Part shown: piece by piece, positions 1-10,714 of the stretch | Layout of the letters: the number at the start of each line of letters is the position of its first letter | Position numbering within the stretch: the stretch's first letter is position 1 | DNA from: an uncultured delta proteobacterium | GTDB lineage: Bacteria; Desulfobacterota; Desulfobacteria; Desulfobacterales; Desulfosalsimonadaceae | Direction: 5' to 3' | Length of the DNA stretch: 64,000 nt | NCBI GenBank assembly: GCA_963826785.1 | Contig: CAWGYD010000006.1 | Location: 672,001 to 736,000, forward strand | Program-made: the position numbers and the translations under genes | The notes under the pieces: model-generated | Told to the model about the DNA's origin: nothing | Database searches by the model: none | What the model saw: only the letters and a program-made list of their open reading frames with translations

Positions 1-336
1 CGGAATGGTACTGGTGGCCCTGCTGCTGCTCCAGCCAGTCTGGAAGGTGGCCCAACACCTCCCGGAAACCGATTCGGCAAAAAAAGTGGGAGACCTGCTC
101 ATGGGCAAATACATGATGGCCTTCGAAGGGGCCGGCGGGCTGATTCTCATCGGTATTTTCGGCGCGGTGCTGATGGGGCGCGCCGGCCGGTTCTCAAATG
201 ATCCCGGCCGGGAAGACCGTGCGGGGAAAAAAGGCGATCCCCAGCCCATCGACGAAGACCGGCTCGAACCGGTCCGGCCCCTGCCCGTTTCCGGAGAAAT
301 CAAATTCCCGACACCCACAGGGATGACATGCCATGA
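1..336 (+). CDS. nuoJ: NADH-quinone oxidoreductase subunit J-like, C-terminal part (5' truncated by window; 3' end uncertain, probable frameshift)
   Basis: VGDLLMGKYMMAFEGAGGLILIGIFGAVLM matches the NuoJ last-helix motif. It lies directly upstream of nuoK, and the ORF runs out of frame into nuoK. Confidence 0.7.
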
Positions 337-647
337 TGACCATCCCCATTACCCCATATCTTGTCGTGGCGGCCATCCTCTTTGCCGTGGGGATATATGC
401 CGTCATCGCCCAGCGGACGGCCGTGATGATCCTGATGGGAATCGAGGTGCTGCTCAATGCGGTGGGGCTCAACATCGTGACCTTCTGGCGCTTCGTGAAT
501 CCCGGTGATTACAGCGGCCAGATGTTTCTCATCATCATCGTCACCGTGGGGGCGGTGGAAATGGGCGTGGGGCTGGCCATCATGATGCTTTTGTACCGCA
601 ACCGCAAGACGGTTCAGGTGGACAAGTTCACGGAACTCAAAGGATGA
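333..647 (+). CDS. nuoK: NADH-quinone oxidoreductase subunit K
   Basis: 104 aa, three TM helices, MGIEVLLNAV and AVEMGVGLAI motifs. Confidence 0.9.
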   Translation: MMTIPITPYLVVAAILFAVGIYAVIAQRTAVMILMGIEVLLNAVGLNIVTFWRFVNPGDYSGQMFLIIIVTVGAVEMGVGLAIMMLLYRNRKTVQVDKFTELKG

Positions 648-2605
648 ACGGGCTTTTGCTCATAGCGGTGCCCGTATTTCCCCTGGCGGCCGCACTGGTC
701 ATTGCCGCCTCCGGCCCAAGGCTTGCCCGGATCGGGGGCCGAATCGGGGGATGGATCAGCACGGCTGCAACCGCCGCCTCACTGATCAGCCTGTACTTCC
801 TGTCGGGAAATGTCCCGGTAAAATTAGATGCCCGATGGGGCGTCGGGGGCGCATATGAGCTCACCGTGGGGCTCCTGCTCGATTCGCTTTCGTTTTATAC
901 CGCCATATTCGTTGCGGCAGTGGCGTTTTTCGTCAATCTCCATGCAGTGGGGTACATGGGCAAAGATCCGGGCCGGTCCCGGTTTTTCGCCCAGATGGCC
1001 TTTTTTACCGGCGCCATGCTGATGCTGGTGCTGGCCGGTTCCTTTATCGTCCTGTTTGCCGCCTGGGAATGGGTGGGGCTGGCCTCTTTTCTGCTCATCG
1101 GGTTCTGGTACGACCGGAAGGAGACGCCCGGGGCGGCGAGAAACGCATTTTTGATCACCCGGACGGGGGATGCGGGGTTCCTCCTGGGATGGCTGCTGGC
1201 CCTGTTCCTGGCCCACACCACGGATATGGGGGGATTTCTGGAAAAAGTGGGGGATGGTTCGGCTGCTCCCGGAATGCTGACACTGGTCGCGCTTCTGCTG
1301 CTGGCAGGGGCCGCGGGAAAAAGCGCGCAATTGCCGCTTTCCGCCTGGTTGCCGCCGGCCATGGCCGGCCCCACCCCGGTCTCCGCCCTGATCCATTCGG
1401 CCACCATGGCCGCGGCCGGGGTTTACCTGATCCTGCGCCTCTATCCGCTCTTTCAGGCGGCCCCCCACGTGTTGACCGTCATTTTATGGATGGGGGCGGC
1501 AACCGCACTTTTCGCGGCATTGACCGCCACCGTGCAGAACGATCTCAAACGGATTCTGGCCTGGTCCACCATTTCACAACTGGGCGAAATGTTTTTTGCC
1601 CTGGGCCTGGCCGGACCCCTGGCGGCCCTGTTTCACCTGACCACCCATGGGTTTTTCAAGGCCACCCTGTTTTTGGCTGCCGGTTCCGTAGAGCATGGCG
1701 CAAAGACCCGCGATATTTCCAGGACGGGACGCCTGTGGCGAAAAATGCCGGCAACCGCGACCATATTTGCCCTTTCGGGTCTGGCCCTTTCCGGCATCTG
1801 GCCCTTTTCCGGTTTTTTCAGCGAGGACCGGATACTGGCCATGGCTGCATCCCGGGGAACCTTTTACCCCGTGTTCCTGGTGCTGCTGATCGCCATTTCC
1901 GGCATTTACATCAGCCGGGCCGCCATGGCCGTTTTCGGCCCCTGGCCCGGGGCACCGGCCCCCAGGGCCAGCGAACCGGGCAGGGTGGTTCTGTTTGCAA
2001 TGTCGGGGCTGGCCATTTTTGCCGCGGGTGCCGGTTGGGCATTGTCGGGCAGGATCGGGCATCTGGTGGCGTTTGTGCAAGGCCCCGAACTGGCCCTGTA
2101 CTGGAAAATTGCAGCTGTTCTGGCGGGCCTGGCCGGTATCGGGTACGGCGCCGGGCATGTATTCCGATACGGCCCCCGGCCGGCGCTGGGAGAAATTTTT
2201 TCCCTTCTGGAGAGAAATCTGAACAGGGGCACGCAAGGATTTGGCCGCATGGCCATTCTTGGCGCATCCGGGTTGACGGCATGTGAACGGGGGCTGGACC
2301 GGGCGGCAGGGGCCGTAAAGAAGCTGTCTCTGGATACCGCGGCGGTAGTGACCGTCCTTGAGGAAAACCTGGACCGGGGTGCCCGGGCGGCCACAGGATG
2401 GACCCTGAAAACCGCTCTCGGGGTGGACAGGATCGAACTGGCCGGATTTGCCCTCGGGATGAACCGTTTTGCCGGCCTGCTCGGGCGGTCGGGGGGCCGG
2501 CTTGTGCAGCTGCAGTCAGGCAAGCTCTATCTCTATACGCTGGGCCTTTTCATCTGGGCGCTTCTGGTGGCGCTCGGCGGATTCCTGGTCTGGTTTGCCC
2601 TTTAG
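644..2605 (+). CDS. nuoL: NADH-quinone oxidoreductase subunit L / MrpA-like antiporter subunit
   Basis: WEWVGLASFLLIGFW, GKSAQLP..WLP.AM.GPTPVSALIHSATM, KRILAWSTISQLG motifs. Confidence 0.9.
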   Translation: MNGLLLIAVPVFPLAAALVIAASGPRLARIGGRIGGWISTAATAASLISLYFLSGNVPVKLDARWGVGGAYELTVGLLLDSLSFYTAIFVAAVAFFVNLHAVGYMGKDPGRSRFFAQMAFFTGAMLMLVLAGSFIVLFAAWEWVGLASFLLIGFWYDRKETPGAARNAFLITRTGDAGFLLGWLLALFLAHTTDMGGFLEKVGDGSAAPGMLTLVALLLLAGAAGKSAQLPLSAWLPPAMAGPTPVSALIHSATMAAAGVYLILRLYPLFQAAPHVLTVILWMGAATALFAALTATVQNDLKRILAWSTISQLGEMFFALGLAGPLAALFHLTTHGFFKATLFLAAGSVEHGAKTRDISRTGRLWRKMPATATIFALSGLALSGIWPFSGFFSEDRILAMAASRGTFYPVFLVLLIAISGIYISRAAMAVFGPWPGAPAPRASEPGRVVLFAMSGLAIFAAGAGWALSGRIGHLVAFVQGPELALYWKIAAVLAGLAGIGYGAGHVFRYGPRPALGEIFSLLERNLNRGTQGFGRMAILGASGLTACERGLDRAAGAVKKLSLDTAAVVTVLEENLDRGARAATGWTLKTALGVDRIELAGFALGMNRFAGLLGRSGGRLVQLQSGKLYLYTLGLFIWALLVALGGFLVWFAL

Positions 2606-2620
2606 CGCAAGGAGAAGAAC

Positions 2621-4102
2621 ATGCTCAATCTCACCATATTTTTTCCTATGCTGGCCGGGCTGGCCCTGCTGGTTCTGCCGGGTTCAAAACCGGAATGGGT
2701 CCGGCGGGGGGCGTTGGCGACAGCAGGGCTGAACCTCGTTTTCAGCCTGGTCTTGTGGTTCGGCTACGATCCGGCCGGTTCGATCCTCCAATGGCGCACC
2801 ACCGCTGCATGGATCCCCAGCATCGGGGCTTCCTATGACGTGGCGGTGGATGGAATTTCCCTGCCGCTGATTGCGCTGACCGCCCTGCTGACATTTCTGG
2901 TGATGATTTACGTGCTGCCGCAGAAAGATAAGGTCAAGGCGCACGCCCTTTTGTTTCTGTTGATGGAGACCGGCCTCATCGGCCTGTTCTCGGCCCGGGA
3001 CCTGCTGCTGTTCTACCTGTTTTTCGAGGTGGGCCTGGTCCCCATGTATTTCATCATCGGCATCTACGGCCACGAGCAGCGCCGGTATGCGGCCGTCAAG
3101 TTCTTCCTGTACACCCGGGCAGGGTCCCTGTTCATGCTCCTTTCCTTCCTGGGGCTCTATCTCAACACGGACCCGCTCACTTTTTCCCTGGCGGACATCA
3201 TCGCGGCCCGCCCGTTTGCCGGCCGGCCGGTGGCCGCCGCCCTGGCCTTTGCCGGCATGCTGCTGGGATTCGGGGTGAAAATCCCCACCTTCCCCATCCA
3301 CAACTGGCTGCCGGATGCCCATGTGGAGGCCCCCACCGAGGGGAGCGTCATCCTGGCGGGAATTCAGCTGAAGATGGGCGGATACGGGCTGATCCGGATC
3401 CTGCTGCCCATCCTGCCGGAAACGGCCAGGCAATATGGATGGGTGCTGCTGGCCCTGGCGGTGGTTTCCCTGTTGTACGGGGCGCTGGCCGCATTGGCCC
3501 AGAATGATTTCAAACGCCTCATCGCGTATTCCTCCATCAACCACATGGGTTACGTGATGCTGGGGGCGGCCGTATGGGCCCTGTCGGAAAATCCCGACAT
3601 CCGTCAGCTGGGGTTGAATGGTGCGGTCTACCAGATGGTTAGCCATGGTCTGCTCACCGGCGGGATGTTTTTCATGGTCGGCATCCTCCAGGATGCCTCG
3701 GGCACCCGTGACCTGAGCCGCTTCGGGGGATTGATGGGCCGGCTTCCCCTGTACTCCGGTCTGCTGGGGCTGCTTGCGTTCGGCTCCCTGGGGCTTCCCG
3801 GCCTGTCGGGGTTTGTGGCGGAATTCCAGGTGATCGGCGCCACGGTGGATTTTCGGCTCTGGGCGGCCATTCTGGTGGTCATTTCACTGATCATCACCAC
3901 GGCCGTATATCTGAAGGTGCTGGTGGCGATCATGATGGGGGAGCCGGCGGCGGACCTGCCGGCCATGCATGACATGGGGGCGGGGCAGACGTGGGCGGTG
4001 GCGCCACTGGCGTTTTTGTCCCTGCTGATCGGCATCCTTCCCTATTACCTGCTGCAGGTGATCGCCGGAACCACCCGGTGGATTTCCCGGATCGGGATCT
4101 GA
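2621..4102 (+). CDS. nuoM: NADH-quinone oxidoreductase subunit M
   Basis: FFEVGLVPMYFIIG, KIPTFPIHNWLPDAHVEAPT, KRLIAYSSINHMG motifs. Confidence 0.92.
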   Translation: MLNLTIFFPMLAGLALLVLPGSKPEWVRRGALATAGLNLVFSLVLWFGYDPAGSILQWRTTAAWIPSIGASYDVAVDGISLPLIALTALLTFLVMIYVLPQKDKVKAHALLFLLMETGLIGLFSARDLLLFYLFFEVGLVPMYFIIGIYGHEQRRYAAVKFFLYTRAGSLFMLLSFLGLYLNTDPLTFSLADIIAARPFAGRPVAAALAFAGMLLGFGVKIPTFPIHNWLPDAHVEAPTEGSVILAGIQLKMGGYGLIRILLPILPETARQYGWVLLALAVVSLLYGALAALAQNDFKRLIAYSSINHMGYVMLGAAVWALSENPDIRQLGLNGAVYQMVSHGLLTGGMFFMVGILQDASGTRDLSRFGGLMGRLPLYSGLLGLLAFGSLGLPGLSGFVAEFQVIGATVDFRLWAAILVVISLIITTAVYLKVLVAIMMGEPAADLPAMHDMGAGQTWAVAPLAFLSLLIGILPYYLLQVIAGTTRWISRIGI

Positions 4103-4124
4103 TATGGGCGGCGGCGCATGCCCC

Positions 4125-5555
4125 ATGGAACTCTGGGCCATTTACCCGGAGCTGGTCATTGCGGGACTGGCCCTGGCCCTGGTGCCGGTGGCCGGTTGGG
4201 TCCGGGGCCGCGGTGTTCAAGTGCCGGTTTTAACCGCCATGGCGGGTGTTGTTCTGGCCATGGGGCTGACCGCGCGCATGCTTGGCTGGGCACCCATGTC
4301 CATTTTCTGCGGCACCTATGCGGTGGACGGTTTCGGTAACGGGTTCAAGCTTATCATCGAGGCCGGGGCGCTGATTACCCTGATCCTCTGCCGGGCTTAT
4401 TTCCGGGATCACGCGCAGTTGGCCCACGCCCCGCCGGCCATCCTGTTTTCCACCCTGGGATGCATGGGGCTTGCCTCAAGCCTGGATCTGGTTCTGATCG
4501 TTTTGTTTCTCCAGATGCTTTCCCTGGCCTCCTACCTCCTGGTGGGACTGCGGCGCGACGATCCCCTGGCCAATGAAGCCATGCTCAAGTATTTTATCTA
4601 TGCGGCTGCCGCCCTGGCCATCATGGCCTATGGCCTCACCTTCCTATATGGTTTGACCGGCAGCCTGAACATCAACCGGATCGGTGCGCTTCTTACGCAA
4701 CAAGGGCCCGGGGTCTGGCTGGCGGTGTCCCTGGGGCTGCTGCTGATGGGGTATGCATTTGAAATGACGGTGGTGCCGTTTCATTTCTGGGCACCCGATG
4801 TCTACCAGGGAAGCAGCGCCCCCATCGCCGCCTTTTTGTCTGTGGTGCCCAAGGTGGCCGGGTTTGCGGGGTTATTGCGTCTGCTGCTGGCCGTGTACGC
4901 CGGGGGAAGGGTCCACTGGCCCGACCTGATGGCCGTCCTGGCGGCCGTCACCATGGTGCTGGGCAACCTGGCCGCCCTGCGGCAGAAACGGTTGAAGCGC
5001 CTGCTGGCCTACTCCAGCATCGCCCAGGCCGGGTATATGCTCATGGCACTGGCGGCGGCCGAAACCGTTCCCGGGGCTGTCAGCGCGATGGGATATTACC
5101 TGGCGGCGTACCTGTTCATGAATTTCGGTGCCTTTGCCGTGGTCTCCCAGGTGGAAAGAACCTTTGGCACCGACAGCCTCGACGCGGTAAAAGGGCTTGG
5201 CCGCATCGCCCCGTTTCCTTCGGCCGTGCTCGCCCTTTCCCTGCTGTCCCTGGCCGGCATTCCGCCCCTTGCGGGATTTGCCGGAAAAATCCTGCTGCTG
5301 GCCGCGGCCATGAAAGCCAATTACCTGTGGCTGGCGATCCTTGCCGTGATCAATATGACCGTGGCGCTTTACTATTATGTCGCCGTTATCGCCCATCTCT
5401 ACACCCGTGCGCCTGACCCCGGCCTTCTGCTTCCGGAAACGGGTCGGGAATACAGCCTTGCGGCCGGGATCTGCCTGGCCGGCACCCTTTTGTTCGGCAT
5501 CTTCCCTGAACTGCTCCTGTCGCTTACCCGCTTCCTGCCCAAACTGATGCATTAA
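4125..5555 (+). CDS. nuoN: NADH-quinone oxidoreductase subunit N
   Basis: EAMLKYF, VPFHFWAPDVYQG, KRLLAYSSIAQAGY, SLAGIPPLAGF.GK motifs. Confidence 0.9.
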   Translation: MELWAIYPELVIAGLALALVPVAGWVRGRGVQVPVLTAMAGVVLAMGLTARMLGWAPMSIFCGTYAVDGFGNGFKLIIEAGALITLILCRAYFRDHAQLAHAPPAILFSTLGCMGLASSLDLVLIVLFLQMLSLASYLLVGLRRDDPLANEAMLKYFIYAAAALAIMAYGLTFLYGLTGSLNINRIGALLTQQGPGVWLAVSLGLLLMGYAFEMTVVPFHFWAPDVYQGSSAPIAAFLSVVPKVAGFAGLLRLLLAVYAGGRVHWPDLMAVLAAVTMVLGNLAALRQKRLKRLLAYSSIAQAGYMLMALAAAETVPGAVSAMGYYLAAYLFMNFGAFAVVSQVERTFGTDSLDAVKGLGRIAPFPSAVLALSLLSLAGIPPLAGFAGKILLLAAAMKANYLWLAILAVINMTVALYYYVAVIAHLYTRAPDPGLLLPETGREYSLAAGICLAGTLLFGIFPELLLSLTRFLPKLMH

Positions 5556-5918
5556 TGCCATTTGATGATTATTGTATGATCTGAGGGAATGAAAAAGAAC
5601 GGCAATGGGTGTTAAAAAAGGTAAACCAGGAGTTCATATGCCCGGGTCAATTGCTTATCGATCTAAGGTGAAATTTAAAAAATTCAAAAAAGATCAGGGG
5701 TGCCAAATTTTTCATCAGCGAATGAAAAGAGTGATTATAATTGATATCTTCACCGGATGAAGTGGATTCAAAAATTATTTTTGCAAGCCACGCGGCACAT
5801 TTCGGCATTGCACGGTCAACAGACTGGCCGTATATTTATGAACAATCATTCAACTCTATGTATCCGCTGCGGTCATTTCAGCTTGAGGCGGAAAATATAA
5901 ATGCAAGGGAGAACAATA

Positions 5919-6359
5919 ATGGCAAGCAAAACATTGAAAATTGGGATTATGCCCCGAGAAGAATATAGAAAACGATCCATCGCCATAGCGAGAGGCGAAT
6001 ATGAACCCAAAAGAACCGAACCGAAAGTCTGGTTTGATTCCATCAAATCCATGGCGCAGATTCTGAGCAGCGAAAACCGTGAACTCCTGAAGGTCATCAA
6101 AGAGCGAAAACCCGCCTCTTTAAAAGAACTGGAGATGGCCACCGGAAGAAGGCGAAGCAACCTGTCACGCACATTGAATACCATGCAGCGTTATGGCATC
6201 GTCGAAATGGTCCGGCAGAACCGGGCGGTTCGACCGATTGTCAAGGCTACTGAATTCAAGGTGGAATTCGGCCTCGATCAGAATTACACCCGTATGGAGC
6301 GGGAGCGGCCCAGCAAGCGCCGCTACAAAAAAGAAGCCGTGGGCCGGGAAAAACGGTAG
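5919..6359 (+). CDS. HTH transcriptional regulator / putative antitoxin (HVO_A0114/COG4190-like)
   Basis: KVWFDSIKSMAQILS.ENRELL..I....P.SL.EL...TGR..SNLSRTL..M..YGIVE pattern; RBS GGAG upstream. Confidence 0.7.
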   Translation: MASKTLKIGIMPREEYRKRSIAIARGEYEPKRTEPKVWFDSIKSMAQILSSENRELLKVIKERKPASLKELEMATGRRRSNLSRTLNTMQRYGIVEMVRQNRAVRPIVKATEFKVEFGLDQNYTRMERERPSKRRYKKEAVGREKR

Positions 6360-6450
6360 TCTGCCGATCTCATTTCCTTCGCATTCAAAGTGCGGCCAGA
6401 CAGTTCCCGGCTGAGCATGCCGGTGGGGATCCAGTTGTAGCAATCGGATA

Positions 6451-7689
6451 TCAGGTCAGATCCGTTTCCGCAGCACGGGAATGCTTCTCATAGAGCAGGG
6501 TCATGGGGGTGGCGGTGACCCCGTGGGCCAGAATCGAGGCGCAGATTACCAGGGTGCCGATGGACCAGATCATTTCCATGTTGGTTTTGCGGTAAGCAAA
6601 AGAGATGTAATAAAGTGAGGAAATGCCGATGGGACCGAACCAGCCGATAAACAGTCGGTCCCGGAAAGAGGTGAGTGGACGGAAATAGCGGCCGAATAAA
6701 AATATCCCCGGCAGCCGTCTGAACGCCAGTATGAGCAGGCAGAGCACAATGCCGGCCGATCCGAGATCCATCCACAGATCCCACGGAATCACCATTCCCA
6801 GCAGGACAAAGACGGGAATGGTGAAATAATTGTTCACCGCTTCCTGTACCCGGATATCCTCCACCTGGGCGTGCTCCTTCACCCTCATTTTGAAGGCCAG
6901 TCCGGCGATAAAGACGGCGAAGATGCCGTCACTGCGGATGAGTTTGGCCGCCCCCAGGGCGAGCAGGGCCATTGCCACGGAATACCCCAGGATATGAATT
7001 TCGGCGATCCACTCATATTTGCGCGTCACACGCAGGATCGATCCTGTCAGAAAGCCGATGGCGCCTCCGATCAGGGCGGCGACCCCGACTTCCCACAGGA
7101 TCACCCCGACCACCCCCCACGGCAGAATCGATTTGACCGAATGCCCCATGACCAGCAGCGGAAAAAGGACCAGCACATAGGCCAGTCCGTCATTGCTGGC
7201 GGATTCCGCGGATAAAAAATGGCGAAGCCGTCCGGGGATGGAGCGGTCGGCCAGTTTGCCGGTCACGATTGACGATGCCAGTACGGGATCGGTGGGCGTC
7301 AGCGCCGTTCCGATCAGCATGGCCACCCAGAAAGGGAGATCGAGGAAGAAGAAGGTCATCAGTCCGGCAGCGGCTGCCATGAACGGCATCATTAAAAGGA
7401 GTATCAAAACGATGGAGCCCGCGTATTGACGCAGGAAATCACCGGGGATGCGCAGGGCTACGCTCACCAGTGCAATCCCCAGGGTGATCCGGGAGAGTTC
7501 TTCCACGATGTCCATCCTGAGCTGCCAGCTGCCGGGATGAACCAGCTGGAAACCGGCCGGACCGATGGCCACGCCCAGAACCAGGGCCAGAAGCGGAACG
7601 GAGAGATACAGCCGCTGAAAACCCGAATAGGTTCCCAGCAGGATGAGAATGGCGGCAAAAAGGGTATAAAGCAGGTTTATATCGTGCAT
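6451..7689 (-). CDS. Cation:proton antiporter (CPA1/NhaP type)
   Basis: LTPTDPVLA, ESASNDGLA and GWFGPIG motifs; many TM helices. Confidence 0.88.
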   Translation of the reverse strand: MHDINLLYTLFAAILILLGTYSGFQRLYLSVPLLALVLGVAIGPAGFQLVHPGSWQLRMDIVEELSRITLGIALVSVALRIPGDFLRQYAGSIVLILLLMMPFMAAAAGLMTFFFLDLPFWVAMLIGTALTPTDPVLASSIVTGKLADRSIPGRLRHFLSAESASNDGLAYVLVLFPLLVMGHSVKSILPWGVVGVILWEVGVAALIGGAIGFLTGSILRVTRKYEWIAEIHILGYSVAMALLALGAAKLIRSDGIFAVFIAGLAFKMRVKEHAQVEDIRVQEAVNNYFTIPVFVLLGMVIPWDLWMDLGSAGIVLCLLILAFRRLPGIFLFGRYFRPLTSFRDRLFIGWFGPIGISSLYYISFAYRKTNMEMIWSIGTLVICASILAHGVTATPMTLLYEKHSRAAETDLT

Positions 7690-7723
7690 GGCCTTTTTGT
7701 CAGGTGCATACCCGCATTCAGGA

Positions 7724-8212
7724 TCAGAAAACCGTTCCCACGCCCAGGCCGAAGCTGATGCGGGGAAATCCCCCGGACTCGGGCTTCCATGTCCAGATGC
7801 GGCCGTTGATGACCGGGTATACATACCTGTAGTCGCCGATGGGCCGGGTTTCACCCCCCTCGATTTCACCGGCCGCGGTAACCAGCGTTCCCGGTTGATA
7901 CACCGCCGGATCCAGAAACTGATCCGAGACGACCCGGAAACGACCGCCGGTGTTTTTTTCCGTCTGGGGCCGGAAGTCCGAGTCCAGCGGATACTGGAGA
8001 ACGGTCATGACGGACCCTTTTTCCCGGTTCTCCACTGAGATCACCGCTCCTCCCAGTATGGCAAATTCGCCTTTAAAACGTTGTGGCGATGCCTGCAGGG
8101 TTTTGAAGTCGCCTTTGTAGGTGACTCTTGAGGTCACTTCCCTGGGTATTTTTGCTGCACAGCCGATGAACAGTCCGACTGTCAACAGTATGATGATCAT
8201 CTTTATTCGCAT
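7724..8212 (-). CDS. Slp family outer membrane lipoprotein
   Basis: Lipobox FIGC; LGG.VI, QYPLD..RP, GGRF, FLDPAVY motifs. Confidence 0.85.
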   Translation of the reverse strand: MRIKMIIILLTVGLFIGCAAKIPREVTSRVTYKGDFKTLQASPQRFKGEFAILGGAVISVENREKGSVMTVLQYPLDSDFRPQTEKNTGGRFRVVSDQFLDPAVYQPGTLVTAAGEIEGGETRPIGDYRYVYPVINGRIWTWKPESGGFPRISFGLGVGTVF

Positions 8213-8431
8213 CTGTCTTGTGCCTCCTTATCCCCATTTTTTGCAGATAAATAATGGGGTGGCAAACGGTCTGTGTCAAACCGCCTGCATGATTCGCCTT
8301 TATCGGGCAAATAGCGTCAGCAGATGATGAAAAAGCGAACGTTCGTTCTTTTTATTGACAACCGCACCCTGGTTAATGGAAAATGAAAAACGGGGATCGA
8401 GACAATCTTTCATTTTAATACGGGGGCGGAC

Positions 8432-9994
8432 ATGAATTTCGAAGATAAAGTCAAGGAACTGGCCGAACGAAAAGAAAAAGCCCTTCAAATGGGGGGTGCG
8501 GAAAAGGTCGAGCGACAGCATGCCCGGGGGAGGCTGAGCGCCCGGGAGCGGATCGATCATCTGCTGGATCCGGGCACATTTCTGGAAACGGGCATGTTCA
8601 ACCATTCCGATGTTCCCGGCATGGAAGACAAGACCCCGGCCGACAGCAAAATCGGCGGCTATGGAAAGATCGGCGGCCGGGAAGTGGTCATCGTAGTCAA
8701 TGATTTTACCGTGCTGGCCGCCACTTCCAGCCGGATTGCCGGGCGCAAGGAAGGCGAGCTGAAAGTGCATGCCGCCCGCAAGGGGATTCCCGTGGTCTAC
8801 CTGGGGGAGGCCGGCGGCGCCCGCATGCCCGATATCATGGGATCAAAAGGCCTGGCTTCTTTTGGCGGAGGACACTTCGAAGCCTATTTGCATATCATGA
8901 GCCGGGTCCGGCAGACGCCCATGGTGACGGGCATCATGGGCGAATGCTACGGAATGCCTACCTGGATGGCCTGCCTGTCGGATTTCGTGGTCCAGGTAAA
9001 AGGAAGCGCCATGGGCGTATCCGGCCCCCGGGTGCTCAAACTGGCCCTGGGCGAATCGGCCACCGATGAGGAACTCGGCGGGTGGCGGGTGCACGCGGAA
9101 ATCACGGGAAACATCGACCGGGTGGCCGAAGATGAGACGCAGTGCTTCGACCTGATCCGGCAGTACCTCTCCTACATGCCCTCCCATAACGGCGAAGTTC
9201 CCCCGGTATATACCGTACCGGAAGGCTCGGGTGCGGGTATGGAAAACATCCTGGACCTGGTGCCCGAGCAGCGGAACAGAGGCTATGACATGCACAAGGT
9301 GCTTTCCTGCATCGTGGACACGGACAGCCTGTTTCCCATCAAGCCCGATTTCGGCCAGGCGGTGATCACGTCTTTGGCCCGGATGGGCGGAAAGAGCGTG
9401 GGGATCGTGGCAAACCAGCCCATGTTCAATGCCGGCGCCATGGACACCGACGGAATCGACAAGGTGACCAGTTTCCTGTGCCTGTGCGATTCGTTCAATA
9501 TTCCGCTGCTGTTTTTCCATGATATCCCCGGTTTCCTGGTGGGCATGGAGGCGGAGCGCAAGCGGGTGGGGGCCAAGGTCATGAACTACATGAACGCCCT
9601 GGGGCAGCTCACGGTCCCGAGGATTTCCGTGGTGGTGCGCAAGAGCTACGGCATGGCTTTCTGGAACATGTGCGGTTCCGGGTGCGGGGCGGATTTTATC
9701 GTGGCCTGGCCGTCGGCTGAAATCAGCTTCGTGGATCCGGCCATTGCCGCAAACGTGGTCTACGGCCGAAACCTCACGGATGAAATGCGAAAATCACCGG
9801 AATACCAGTCCCTGCTGCAGCAGATGGTGGAAGACGCCTCCCCTTATGGCGCCGCCGGCATGCATTATATTCATGACATCATCGACCCCCGGCAGACCCG
9901 GGAGTTCATTATTCGCGCCCTGGAGGCGGCCGTCAACCGCAGGACCGGCGGCATCGGCGAGCACCGGCTGGCCAACTGGCCCACCAAATTCTAA
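8432..9994 (+). CDS. Acyl-CoA carboxylase carboxyltransferase subunit (PccB-like)
   Basis: GG..KVERQH.RGRLSARERI..LLDPGTF, EAGGARM, DIPGFLVG motifs. Confidence 0.88.
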   Translation: MNFEDKVKELAERKEKALQMGGAEKVERQHARGRLSARERIDHLLDPGTFLETGMFNHSDVPGMEDKTPADSKIGGYGKIGGREVVIVVNDFTVLAATSSRIAGRKEGELKVHAARKGIPVVYLGEAGGARMPDIMGSKGLASFGGGHFEAYLHIMSRVRQTPMVTGIMGECYGMPTWMACLSDFVVQVKGSAMGVSGPRVLKLALGESATDEELGGWRVHAEITGNIDRVAEDETQCFDLIRQYLSYMPSHNGEVPPVYTVPEGSGAGMENILDLVPEQRNRGYDMHKVLSCIVDTDSLFPIKPDFGQAVITSLARMGGKSVGIVANQPMFNAGAMDTDGIDKVTSFLCLCDSFNIPLLFFHDIPGFLVGMEAERKRVGAKVMNYMNALGQLTVPRISVVVRKSYGMAFWNMCGSGCGADFIVAWPSAEISFVDPAIAANVVYGRNLTDEMRKSPEYQSLLQQMVEDASPYGAAGMHYIHDIIDPRQTREFIIRALEAAVNRRTGGIGEHRLANWPTKF

Positions 9995-10039
9995 TGCCGA
10001 TCCACTTGCTTTCATCATATTTCCAGAATTTTTAAATAG

Positions 10040-10067
10040 TTGACATAAGGAACGAAAATGATACACT
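10040..10067 (+). promoter_or_regulatory. Putative sigma70 promoter of tag
   Basis: TTGACA-16 bp-TACACT. Confidence 0.45.
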
Positions 10068-10108
10068 GATGCTGGTTCTTTTATAATATACAAATGGTTT
10101 ACGGAATA

Positions 10109-10714
10109 ATGAGCATGGATAAAATCCGCTGCGCCTGGTGTACCAGCAATCCCCTGTATATCGCCTATCATGATCAGGAATGGGGGGTGCCGGTCTATGA
10201 CGACCGGAAGCTGTTCGAAATGCTGGTGCTGGAAGGCACCCAGGCCGGCCTCAGCTGGCTTACCGTCTTGAAAAAACGGGAAAACTACCGCCAGGCATTT
10301 GACCAATTCGATCCGGAAAAGGTTGCCCGCTACGATGAAGCCCATTTCCGGGAACTGCAGGAAAACGAAACCATCATCCGCAACCGCTTGAAAATCGCCT
10401 CGGCCATTCGAAACGCCCAGGGAATCGTCGAAATTCAAAAAGAATGCGGTTCATTCGCCCGTTTCATCTGGCAGTACGTGGATTACGCGCCCAGACAGAA
10501 TCAATGGGCATCCATTGAGGAAATCCCCGCCACCACCGCCGAATCCACGGCCATGAGCAAGGACCTGAAGATGCGCGGTTTCACCTTTGTCGGTCCCATC
10601 ATCTGTTACGCCTTCATGCAGGCCGTCGGCATGGTCAACGATCATACCACAGACTGCTTCCGCCATGACCAGATCAAAAAGACAGCCCAATCCTTTCCGG
10701 CAGAACGCCTTTAA
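10109..10714 (+). CDS. tag: DNA-3-methyladenine glycosylase I
   Basis: RCAW, YHDQEWGVP, LEG.QAGLSW, GMVNDH..DC motifs. Confidence 0.95.
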   Translation: MSMDKIRCAWCTSNPLYIAYHDQEWGVPVYDDRKLFEMLVLEGTQAGLSWLTVLKKRENYRQAFDQFDPEKVARYDEAHFRELQENETIIRNRLKIASAIRNAQGIVEIQKECGSFARFIWQYVDYAPRQNQWASIEEIPATTAESTAMSKDLKMRGFTFVGPIICYAFMQAVGMVNDHTTDCFRHDQIKKTAQSFPAERL

